Assembly (NCBI GenBank): GCA_036679605.1
Contig: JAZDCZ010000035.1
Location: 1-20,058, forward strand
DNA: 20,058 nt
Direction of reading: 5' to 3'
From: Gemmatimonadota bacterium
GTDB lineage: Bacteria; Gemmatimonadota; Gemmatimonadetes; Gemmatimonadales; GWC2-71-9
Below the pieces are notes generated by a model that was not told the origin of the DNA, made no database searches, and worked only from the letters and a program-made list of their open reading frames with translations. Numbering within the stretch: position 1 is the first letter of the stretch; every line of letters starts with the position of its first letter. The position numbers and the translations under genes are program-made. Below, one piece after another: positions 1-7,555 of this stretch.

Positions 1-61
1 GTACTCGCGTGGTCAACGTGTGCCGCTCCGACGGCGACAACCGAATACGATGAGTTGGCAT
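1..61 (-). CDS. 5' part of a probable IS630-family transposase (only 20 codons visible)
   Basis: ATG at 61-59 gives MPTHRIRLSPSERHTLTTRV..., open to the window edge. It resembles the 'IxLSxxERxxL' N-terminus of IS630 transposases. Not in the ORF track. Confidence 0.45.
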   Translation of the reverse strand, partial: MPTHRIRLSPSERHTLTTRV

Positions 62-66
62 AGCAC

Positions 67-95
67 AATATACATGACAACCACTACCGAATCAA
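67..95 (-). promoter_or_regulatory. Sigma70-like promoter, probably giving a leaderless transcript
   Basis: TTGATT (95-90), 17-nt spacer, TATATT (72-67), then only 5 nt to the ATG at 61. Confidence 0.55.
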
Positions 96-747
96 TTGTT
101 ACAGTCCACTAGTACTCGGCGACACCCATAGTGGGTTCGCATCGTCCACCAAGTAGCATAACGAGTATGCCGTCAAGAGACTTCTCCGTGTTACTCCAAT
201 AATCACAACACCTTCAAGTATCCGCCTCACATCCGCACCTGCCAATATGCTGCGTGGGAAGGGCGCTGCCACGCTGCGTAGCGGGTTAGCAAGCGGGTTA
301 TCCCATCTCCCCGACTCGGCTCTTGGTACCGGGATCCGTGCGCTCCCACCGCCCGAGGTCGTAGTTGCATCGCGATAGCTCGTTATGAAGCGCCGTTATC
401 AATCGCATGCGAACACGATACGCTTCGATTCATAACACCACCCACTCAATGTTCCGCACTGTGCTACAGTTTATCGCAAAAGACGCCGCAGCGGTCCTGG
501 TCGTCAGCCGAGCCTCTAGCTAACTGACCATGCCGGTATGGATGAGGTCGCCGCTTGAGTAGGACGGCACGAGGGCACAGATGAGTTTCTAGGCCGCAGG
601 GTAAGAAAACGATCCCTGTAACGACGAGCCTTGATAGGTGTTTGGTGCAGAACATCGCACCCATTTGAAATGAAGTCGGAACACCGCCGCTGGAGCACAA
701 ACCGAAAAACGGGAAGCAAGAAAACCCGTGTTGCTTGGCTACGGCCG

Positions 748-774
748 CTTGAGAGCGGAGGCCTTAGAAGTGTT
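748..774 (+). repeat. 27-nt imperfect direct repeat, copy 1 (IS110/IS1111-like right end)
   Basis: CTTGAGAGCGGAGGCCTTAGAAGTGTT matches 2031-2057 at 22/27 positions. Confidence 0.55.
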
Positions 775-794
775 AGGCTCCCCTCCAAGAACTA

Positions 795-1022
795 TCAAAG
801 AACTTCCCGCAGCTGCTGCCGCGTTACCTCACAGTCATGCATGATCTTACCGAGCAACCCTGGGCCGATCGTCTCTCCAGAATGTACGGGAACGATCGTG
901 GTGTGACCGTGCCGATCTCTCATGAAGTGATGACTGCCTCGAACGCGTACGACTTCGAAACCGAGAGCCTTGAGTCCTGCGAGTAGCCGCTTGCCGGTAA
1001 TTCGCGGAAGTCGGTCACTCAT
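795..1022 (-). CDS. hicA: HicA-family type II toxin (mRNA interferase)
   Basis: 75 aa, basic, with LGFEVVRVRGSHHFM...VPVH...IGPGLLGKI (GSH catalytic motif). ATGA overlap with the upstream hicB stop. Confidence 0.92.
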   Translation of the reverse strand: MSDRLPRITGKRLLAGLKALGFEVVRVRGSHHFMRDRHGHTTIVPVHSGETIGPGLLGKIMHDCEVTRQQLREVL

Positions 1023-1231
1023 GCAACGCGTATGCGCTGAACGCCGACGAACTCGAGCGATTCCGGGGTTGGACCCTCAACCTCAAGGCAGAGGGCGACG
1101 GCCTCTTTCACGCGCCGCATCAACTCATCGAGAGACTTCGCCTGCGTATGACACCCTTTCAGGGCGGGCACCGTGGCTACCAAGTACCCATCCGAGTCCT
1201 GCTCGATGATGACGTCAAATTCCTTGCTCAT
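1019..1231 (-). CDS. hicB: HicB-family antitoxin, short form without a C-terminal DNA-binding domain
   Basis: 70 aa: FDVIIEQDSDGYLVATVPALKGCHTQAKSLDELMRRVKEAVALCLE. GAGGAG lies 7 nt upstream of the ATG at 1231, so the ORF-track start at 1267 is probably too early. Confidence 0.92.
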   Translation of the reverse strand: MSKEFDVIIEQDSDGYLVATVPALKGCHTQAKSLDELMRRVKEAVALCLEVEGPTPESLEFVGVQRIRVA

Positions 1232-1382
1232 GGGCATGCTCCTCGCATCGAAATACTTGCCAAGCACAGCGCGACGTTCATTCTTCCTTCGTCACGAATC
1301 CAGGTATCACTCTCCATGGACCGTCCTGGTGAGCCTAATAAGAAGGATTGTATCCGGAGTGCTCACGGTCCGCTAGGTGGTC

Positions 1383-1671
1383 GCTGGAGTTGACTCCGAC
1401 GCCCTATGCGAGCGAAGCGATGAGCAGCGAACAGGGGATTGGGAAGGCTGGGAATCGTCATATTCGAGCGATGGCAATCGAGATGGCGTGGGGCTGGTTA
1501 CGGTTCCAGCCCGAGAGTGCATTGAGCCGGTGGTACGAAGATCGGTTTGGCGGAGGGAGTAGTCGGGTGCGGCGTGTTGGAGTTGTGGCTTTAGCGCGCC
1601 GGTTGTTGGTGGATTTGTGAAGCTACGTAGAGACGGGAGCAGTCTCTGAGTGAGCGGTACTCAAGGCATAG
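1383..1671 (+). pseudogene. IS110-family transposase C-terminal remnant
   Basis: AG/LTPTPYAS...EQGIGKAGNRHIRAMAIEMAWGWLRFQPESALSRWYEDRF...VALARRLLVDL*SYVETGAVSE*AVLKA*. In-frame TGAs at 1618 and 1651, an apparent +1 frameshift near 1389, and no N-terminal RuvC-like (DEDD) domain. Confidence 0.85.
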
Positions 1672-2057
1672 CTAGAAACGGTACCCGACATGAGCGCTGG
1701 ATGAAGCGGCCCGTTGTTGCCGCCGGGTTCGTCAAGAAGAACCAAGCGTTAGATGGGGCCGCTGCTCCAACGAGCTTCACAGACGCCTTTGGGCGCACGA
1801 AGGATTTGGTGTCCAGCGCAAATAGCAGCCGGCACGGATAGAAGGTAATCGAGGGCGCAGGACGCAGCTCTTGGTGAACAGTGTTCACGGCCATTTGCAG
1901 TTGCTCGTACCAGGTCGCTGGGAGGGCGTGCTGATCCGCGAGCGGGGGTAATGAATAGGAGAGAATGGCGCGTAAACGAAGGCGCTTGTCAGCGAGGGCC
2001 GCCCCACCCCGTATCGTCTAGCTATGCCTACTTGACGGCGGAGGCCTTAAAGATGTT
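1672..2057 (+). ncRNA. Non-coding right end of the IS110 remnant; candidate bridge/seekRNA region
   Basis: About 385 nt with no credible ORF, directly 3' of the transposase. Nested stems (GCTGCT 1761-1766 / AGCAGC 1824-1829; CGCC-TTTG-GGCG 1783-1794; GTGAACA-G-TGTTCAC 1874-1888). Ends in a CTTGAC-containing motif. Confidence 0.45.
2031..2057 (+). repeat. 27-nt imperfect direct repeat, copy 2 (IS110/IS1111-like right end with outward-facing TTGAC -35)
   Basis: CTTGACGGCGGAGGCCTTAAAGATGTT; 22/27 identical to 748-774. Confidence 0.55.
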
Positions 2058-2073
2058 CATGATTCGTACTTCC

Positions 2074-3114
2074 CTACTCCCACCTAAAAATCTTGAGCGC
2101 GATCCCGAAGCACCCGATACCCCATGCTACCACTATGCCCAACAGCCCAGTCACCGCCACCAGTGAAGATCCGTCGATCATCACCGCACGGAGCGCATCG
2201 ATAAAAGCGGTGAGAGGTAGCGCCAGAATAAACGGCTGGAACGCGTCGGGGAAATTGGAGTGCGCAAAGAAAACTCCGGAAAAAATCCACATCGGCACCA
2301 TGACGACGTTCATCAGGCCGGAAACACCTTCTATAGTCCTGACCCTACTTGCAACCAATATCCCCAACCCAGCAAAGGTCATGGCGCCGATGAGCACTAC
2401 TGTCGCCAAAGTGAAAAACGATCCCCGCACGGGAACGCCGAATACCAGATATCCAAAGAGCAAGACAGCTCCGACTTCGAGCACCAGAAAGACCAGGCGC
2501 GCGAGCACATTCGACAATAGGTATTGGCCCCGCTTCATCGGAGAAGCCAAAAGCCGTTTGAGCAGTTTTCGGTTCCGTACCCTCACTATCCCAAAGCCCA
2601 CTCCCCACAGACCGGTGCCCATAATGTTCATGCCGATCAAGCCGGGGATCAGGAAATCGATGTACCTGCTGCCGACAGCGGTAACCTTTACATCCCTTAC
2701 CTCCCGCACGTCCTTCCGTCCAGCGGCTTTCTGGATAGCGTCGCCCACTACAAGACGTGCGACGTAGCTCTCGCTACGCGTCGAATCGTAGCGAAGGACG
2801 GCTGGATCTCCCGGTCCAACGACGAGTGCGATCCGTCCGGTCTTGAGTCTGCGGTAAGCCTCGGCTTGATCTAGTAGGACCGCTTCGATTTCGGGGTCAG
2901 CGTCTAGGTTGGCAACGAGTGCAGCGTCGCCTGCACCTTGCTCAACAGCGATCCGAACCACTTTGGGACCCCGGTTCTTGAATGCCAATCCCAACGCAAG
3001 GGCAAGAATCACCGGAAATGCAAACACCCAAAAAATCGCCTCAGGCTCGCGCAGGAACTCCCGTACACGCCAAAGTGTGAGCTGGGCAAGGGGACCACCC
3101 ATGCGCTCACTCAT
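2074..3114 (-). CDS. ABC-2 type exporter permease
   Basis: N-terminal TM (IFWVFAFPVILALALGLAF), an extracytoplasmic loop, RYIDFLIPGLIGM, LKRLLASP and further TMs ending FRWE. The start overlaps the ATPase stop. Confidence 0.92.
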   Translation of the reverse strand: MSERMGGPLAQLTLWRVREFLREPEAIFWVFAFPVILALALGLAFKNRGPKVVRIAVEQGAGDAALVANLDADPEIEAVLLDQAEAYRRLKTGRIALVVGPGDPAVLRYDSTRSESYVARLVVGDAIQKAAGRKDVREVRDVKVTAVGSRYIDFLIPGLIGMNIMGTGLWGVGFGIVRVRNRKLLKRLLASPMKRGQYLLSNVLARLVFLVLEVGAVLLFGYLVFGVPVRGSFFTLATVVLIGAMTFAGLGILVASRVRTIEGVSGLMNVVMVPMWIFSGVFFAHSNFPDAFQPFILALPLTAFIDALRAVMIDGSSLVAVTGLLGIVVAWGIGCFGIALKIFRWE

Positions 3115-4036
3115 CACGCAGATGTCTGCCGGTCAGGGACAGGAAAACGTCCTCCAACGTCGCTTTGTGCGTGGCCAGTTCGGTCATCGCGGCACCGCTC
3201 TCTGATAACAACTGCATCAGAGCGGGAACTGTCTCGTGTGCGCGATGCACCGTGAGTCGCATCCGGCCGTTCTCACCGTCGACCTGCTCGACTCCGGGGA
3301 GTGCCGCCAACGTTGTTGCCTCCACACTTACTTCCTCCTCGAGAGCAAACTCCACGACGTTCTCCGCTTCCAGCGAGGCCACTAGTTCGCTCGGTGTGCC
3401 GAGTGCTATGACCTTGCCGTGGTCTACGATTGCCACGCGGTCACAGAGTCGCTCTGCTTCCTCCATATAGTGCGTGGTGAGCAGTAGCGTCCCGCCACCA
3501 GCACGAAACTTCGAGATTATATCCCACAACTGATGTCGTGACTGCGGGTCGAGTCCTGTGGTAGGTTCATCCAGAAAGAGGATGTCCGGAGTACAAACCA
3601 AGGCGCACGCAACAGACAGACGCTGGCGCTGGCCTCCTGACAACTTTTCGACCCAGGAATCGCGCTTCTCTGTGAGTTGGACAATCTCCAAGACCTTGTC
3701 TACAGAGATACCCTTGAGATAGAAACTACGGAATAGCGTCACGGCTTCCCGGACAGTAAGCTTGTCGGGCAGTTTCGTTTCCTGCAACTGACTCCCCATG
3801 CGCTGCTTCAGTACCGTCCCGTCGCTGTCCCAACCCATACCCAACACCTGCACCTTGCCCCCGTCGGGTTCCAACAACCCCTGGATAATCTCTATCGTTG
3901 TGGTCTTGCCGGCGCCGTTCGGCCCCAGCAGCCCGAAACATTCGCCTTCGTAGACGACCAGATCCAAACCATCGACTGCAGTGACAGGTCCATATCTCTT
4001 TACAAGATCGTGACAGTTAATAGCGATTTCCGGCAT
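3107..4036 (-). CDS. ABC transporter ATP-binding protein (DrrA/NodI-like exporter type)
   Basis: Walker A GPNGAGKTT, signature LSGGQRQR, Walker B LFLDEPTTGLDP, H-loop TTHYMEEAE. Confidence 0.96.
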   Translation of the reverse strand: MPEIAINCHDLVKRYGPVTAVDGLDLVVYEGECFGLLGPNGAGKTTTIEIIQGLLEPDGGKVQVLGMGWDSDGTVLKQRMGSQLQETKLPDKLTVREAVTLFRSFYLKGISVDKVLEIVQLTEKRDSWVEKLSGGQRQRLSVACALVCTPDILFLDEPTTGLDPQSRHQLWDIISKFRAGGGTLLLTTHYMEEAERLCDRVAIVDHGKVIALGTPSELVASLEAENVVEFALEEEVSVEATTLAALPGVEQVDGENGRMRLTVHRAHETVPALMQLLSESGAAMTELATHKATLEDVFLSLTGRHLRDE

Positions 4037-4120
4037 ACGCCCAATCAATCGACGCTCAGCCTAATAATCAACCCGCCATTGGTCTGGTGTCGGGAAGGAT
4101 TCGGAGCGACGTTGCAGACC

Positions 4121-5410
4121 ATGCGCATAGCAGTTTCGGTTGTGGCCATCGCAACTTCCTGGTTGCTGCTGTACCTGAATGTGGAACCGGTACCCACCTG
4201 GTTCTACGTGTTCGCATGGTATCCCACAATCGTTCTGCTGGACTCGCTGGCCACTCGACTCGATGGACGCCCATCGGCGCTATGGCATCGATCCACAATT
4301 TCGGTTTTCGCCTGGTCTGCCGTAATTTGGCTTGTCCTCGAAGCGGCCAATTTCAGACTCCAGAACTGGTATTACGTATTCCTGCCCCAACACATCTGGG
4401 CGCGGTGGAGCGGTATTCTCTTGTCATTCGCCACCGTAGTTCCCGTGCTTCTGCATGCCGAACGAGTGTTAGACGCGGCAGGCATATTTCCGCTCCGTAA
4501 ATCCAACTCAGTGCGTCCACGAGGAATTTCGGTACGAGCTTGGGAACTCAACGCCGCTACGATACTCGGGGTAGTGTCTGGTTCGCTGGCGCTGTTCTAT
4601 CCCAAATTGTTCTTTCCGCTCATCTGGGTTGCGGGCTTCTTGATAGCAGATCCATTTGTCTACAGACATGATCCTTCGCTGTCTCTGATTGGTGACCTGG
4701 AACGTGGAACACCAGGTAGAATCGGCCGTCTCATGTTGGGCGGACTCGGGATCGGACTCATCTGGGAGACGTACAACTTCTGGGCGCGCGGCAAGTGGAT
4801 CTACACAATTCCGTTACTGGACGGCACCAAGCTGTTCGAGATGCCGCCGATTGGCTTCGTGGGATTTCCCGTGTTCGCCCTGGAAGCGTGGACGATGTAT
4901 TCCGCGCTCTGCGTGCTGGGAGTGGCAACACCGATACAGGGGGCTGCACGCGTCAAACTCAAGCGAGTCGGATTGGCGGCAGTGTTAGCAGTTTCGTTTG
5001 TCACACTGACGCTGGCAGGGATGGAGCGCCGTACCATCAGTTCCACCGTACCGTCTCTGGCCAATCTGCCTGGCGTTACATCGAGCACTATTATCGCCAT
5101 CCAGACCGCCGGCATACGATCTCCGTTCGAGTTGGCAGAGCGGTCGGCGGAGCGACTTGCAGCGGTTACGGCGCTGTCGGCACAGGACGCTCGGAAGGCG
5201 GTGGAATCAGCGCGCCTAGTCACGTTGCGCGGAATGGGGACGCGCTACGCTCAGATGATGTGGCAATCGGGAATAAGCAGCGTATGCGATCTGTCATTGA
5301 TGGACGCCGCGACACTCGATGGCATCGTGCGCCGCCCCGATGCGTTTCGCCCAACGCGATCCGAGTTGCGCGTGTGGATCAGGGCCGCGCAGCAGGAGTG
5401 TATCCGATAA
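4121..5410 (+). CDS. Polytopic membrane protein with a C-terminal DUF4332-like helix-hairpin-helix region
   Basis: Many hydrophobic segments with a twice-occurring E-x-x-N-F...W-x-Y motif, then LANLPGVT / LVTLRGMG HhH-like motifs. Likely start ATG 4121 (MRIAVS). Confidence 0.7.
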   Translation: MRIAVSVVAIATSWLLLYLNVEPVPTWFYVFAWYPTIVLLDSLATRLDGRPSALWHRSTISVFAWSAVIWLVLEAANFRLQNWYYVFLPQHIWARWSGILLSFATVVPVLLHAERVLDAAGIFPLRKSNSVRPRGISVRAWELNAATILGVVSGSLALFYPKLFFPLIWVAGFLIADPFVYRHDPSLSLIGDLERGTPGRIGRLMLGGLGIGLIWETYNFWARGKWIYTIPLLDGTKLFEMPPIGFVGFPVFALEAWTMYSALCVLGVATPIQGAARVKLKRVGLAAVLAVSFVTLTLAGMERRTISSTVPSLANLPGVTSSTIIAIQTAGIRSPFELAERSAERLAAVTALSAQDARKAVESARLVTLRGMGTRYAQMMWQSGISSVCDLSLMDAATLDGIVRRPDAFRPTRSELRVWIRAAQQECIR

Positions 5411-5423
5411 TTACCTTGCGACC

Positions 5424-6272
5424 ATGACTATCTCTCCTATCAGAGTGGTCCTTGTCCTGGTGACTGGGGCAGTCGCAGCCTACCTGCTGCTCGTGATTCT
5501 GGCGTGGAGATTTCAAGACCGCCTAGCTTTCCCGGCGGTACCCGCTTCCCTACCGAGTCCGGCTGCGCTAGGGATCCCGCACGGAGACCGAATAGTTGTC
5601 ACTGCACCGGACGGCGTGGAACTTCGCGGGTGGTACCTAGCGCCTTCGCCGGCACCTAGCGAAGGCGAGCGAGCACCTGCACTCATCTGGTTTCCAGGCA
5701 ACATGGAAACGATCGAAGGGATTGCTCCTGTTCTGAGCAGACTTCGCCCTCCAGGAATCGGGGTGGTCGTGCTTGACTACCGAGGGTACGGTAAGAGTGG
5801 AGGAGAGCCCACCGAACAAGATGTCTACAGCGATGCTATGGCTGTATGGTCGTACCTGACGGGGAGGCCGGAGATCGACTCCACTCGCATCGCGGTGTAC
5901 GGTCGGTCAATCGGAAGTGCGGTAGCTCTCTACCTCGCTACCGAGAGACCCGTGAGAGCTGTGGTTCTCGATTCTCCGTTCACCAGCGGGCGTGATATGG
6001 CGAAGGAACACTACTCGTTTCTCCCCTCGGCTCTCATCCGCCTGGGACTGGACAACATAGCCAGAGCAAAGCGCTTGAAAGTGCCACTACTGGTCTTCCA
6101 CGGCAGCGAGGACCGCATAGCGCCGGTCGAAATGGGACGCTCGGTCGCACGCGCCGGCCACGCCGAAGAGTTTGTTGAGATCCCTGGTGCCGGACACAAT
6201 GAAACGTATGACTTAGGGGGGGAATCGTACGTGTCGCGATTTCATAGCTTCCTCGAGACCCATTTGAAGTAG
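5424..6272 (+). CDS. Membrane-anchored alpha/beta hydrolase (BEM46/ABHD-like)
   Basis: N-terminal TM, DYRGYGKSGG, nucleophile GRSIG, HGSEDRI and GAGHNE give a Ser-Asp-His triad. Confidence 0.92.
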   Translation: MTISPIRVVLVLVTGAVAAYLLLVILAWRFQDRLAFPAVPASLPSPAALGIPHGDRIVVTAPDGVELRGWYLAPSPAPSEGERAPALIWFPGNMETIEGIAPVLSRLRPPGIGVVVLDYRGYGKSGGEPTEQDVYSDAMAVWSYLTGRPEIDSTRIAVYGRSIGSAVALYLATERPVRAVVLDSPFTSGRDMAKEHYSFLPSALIRLGLDNIARAKRLKVPLLVFHGSEDRIAPVEMGRSVARAGHAEEFVEIPGAGHNETYDLGGESYVSRFHSFLETHLK

Positions 6273-6282
6273 GGCCCTGCCC

Positions 6283-7500
6283 TCATGCCGTCTCAGGCAC
6301 CTCCGTTGGCACTACCTGCTGCGGGATACGGAAGGTCAAGACAACCACCACCATCACCACGCCGGCTGCAATGAAAAACGGCACACGGACCCCCAAGCTC
6401 TGAAACGCAGCCGTGGCCCATATCGGCGCGATTACACGCGCCGTGCCCCCAAACGCTTGCTGCACGCTCAACGTCTGCCCAAACTCACGTCGCGACACTC
6501 TGTGTGTCACAAGAGCTGATACTGTGGGAAACAAACAAGCCGTGCCGATCGGAATGAGGCCCATCACGATCGCGAGCGACAGCACCGAAGCCCTAAACGG
6601 AATGAGGAATATCCCCGCCGCAAGCAGCATGGCGCCCAGACGCATTACACGCGTTTCGCCTATCCAGTCGATCAGACGGCCCAATACGAGCGCTCGCATA
6701 ACCACACCCATGGCACCGATATAAACGAAAAAGATACCGATGGTTTTTTCAGTGATGCCGAAGACCGATTCCATATAGAGCGCAAGCACCGCCGTTACGG
6801 ACATGAAGCCCAACATTCCAATTGCATATATCCAGACCAGTCGCGGCACCTCTCCTCTTGGCGAATGCAAGACCTCGCCAATCAACTCGAATATCGGCCT
6901 GCGGGGCGGTCTCGTAGGATCGATGGAATTGCCATCGGGTCCATGACTGCGATGTTCACCAGACAATGATTCTGGCAGCCAGTAGAATGCGAAAACGAAG
7001 TTCGTGAGGCAGAGGCTCGCAGCAATGAGCCCCGGAGCGGCCGCGCCAAAGTTGAAAGCCAGTGAACCAATTGCCGGTCCCACCATCACTCCCGCGCTCG
7101 TGGCGGCTGTCAACCAGCCCAGCGCTCTTACCCGATCCTTCGGCTCCACCGAATCTCCCACGTACGCCTGCAGAACGCCGGTTGTTCCCCCACCGACACC
7201 CTGGATCAGTCGAGACAAGAAGAGCATCCAGATAGAGGTCGCGAGACCAAACACCGCGAAGGCCGCGGCCCCAGCCACCAGGCCTGAAAGAATCGCCGGT
7301 CTCCGCCCGTATCGATCAGAGAGTCGGCCCCACAACGGAGCGGAACTCAGCTGCGCGATCGAAAAAATCGCAATCATCCATCCGATCAACCACTCGGGAG
7401 CCGAAAGCCTCAAGGCATAGAACGGCAACAGCGGGAAGATCATCGAGAAACCGATCATGTCCACGAACGCCGTGGCCATCAGAATGGATATGCGTTTCAT
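6283..7500 (-). CDS. MFS transporter, DHA1/TetA-like
   Basis: About 12 TMs, motif A GRLSDRYGRRP, Asp in TM1 (FVDMIGF), LSRLIQG, and motif C-like GVMVGPAIG. Confidence 0.92.
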   Translation of the reverse strand: MKRISILMATAFVDMIGFSMIFPLLPFYALRLSAPEWLIGWMIAIFSIAQLSSAPLWGRLSDRYGRRPAILSGLVAGAAAFAVFGLATSIWMLFLSRLIQGVGGGTTGVLQAYVGDSVEPKDRVRALGWLTAATSAGVMVGPAIGSLAFNFGAAAPGLIAASLCLTNFVFAFYWLPESLSGEHRSHGPDGNSIDPTRPPRRPIFELIGEVLHSPRGEVPRLVWIYAIGMLGFMSVTAVLALYMESVFGITEKTIGIFFVYIGAMGVVMRALVLGRLIDWIGETRVMRLGAMLLAAGIFLIPFRASVLSLAIVMGLIPIGTACLFPTVSALVTHRVSRREFGQTLSVQQAFGGTARVIAPIWATAAFQSLGVRVPFFIAAGVVMVVVVLTFRIPQQVVPTEVPETA

Positions 7501-7555
7501 CGCTGGCTGGACTCTGACATGCGGGAGGAAGACAAAGTGTTGGCCGCGACCGATA

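Larger units (their letters stand above)
1..111 (-). mobile_element. Probable left end of an IS630-family insertion sequence, truncated by the window edge
   Basis: Minus strand reads CTAG-TGGACTGTAACAATTGATT (CTAG at 109-112, TA at 110-111). This resembles IS630 termini with a TA target, and it is followed by a promoter and an ORF running off the window. Confidence 0.5.

Noticed and set aside
112..480. Possible small gene or repeat (AGCGGGTTA twice at 280-300)
   Set aside because: The frames I translated are short with no recognisable motif, and a 9-mer pair is too weak to call.
464..906. ORF-track ORFs 464-700, 516-788 and 631-906
   Set aside because: No recognisable protein features; they overlap each other, hicA and a structured tract better explained as non-coding.
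1618..1653. TGA recoding (Trp/Gly/Sec) in the IS110 frame
   Set aside because: The two TGAs sit where different residues (W and G) are expected, the gene is also frameshifted and truncated, and TGA is a normal stop elsewhere in the window.
6283..7500. Tetracycline resistance gene tetA
   Set aside because: Only family-level DHA1 motifs are visible, there is no adjacent tetR, and substrate cannot be assigned from sequence.
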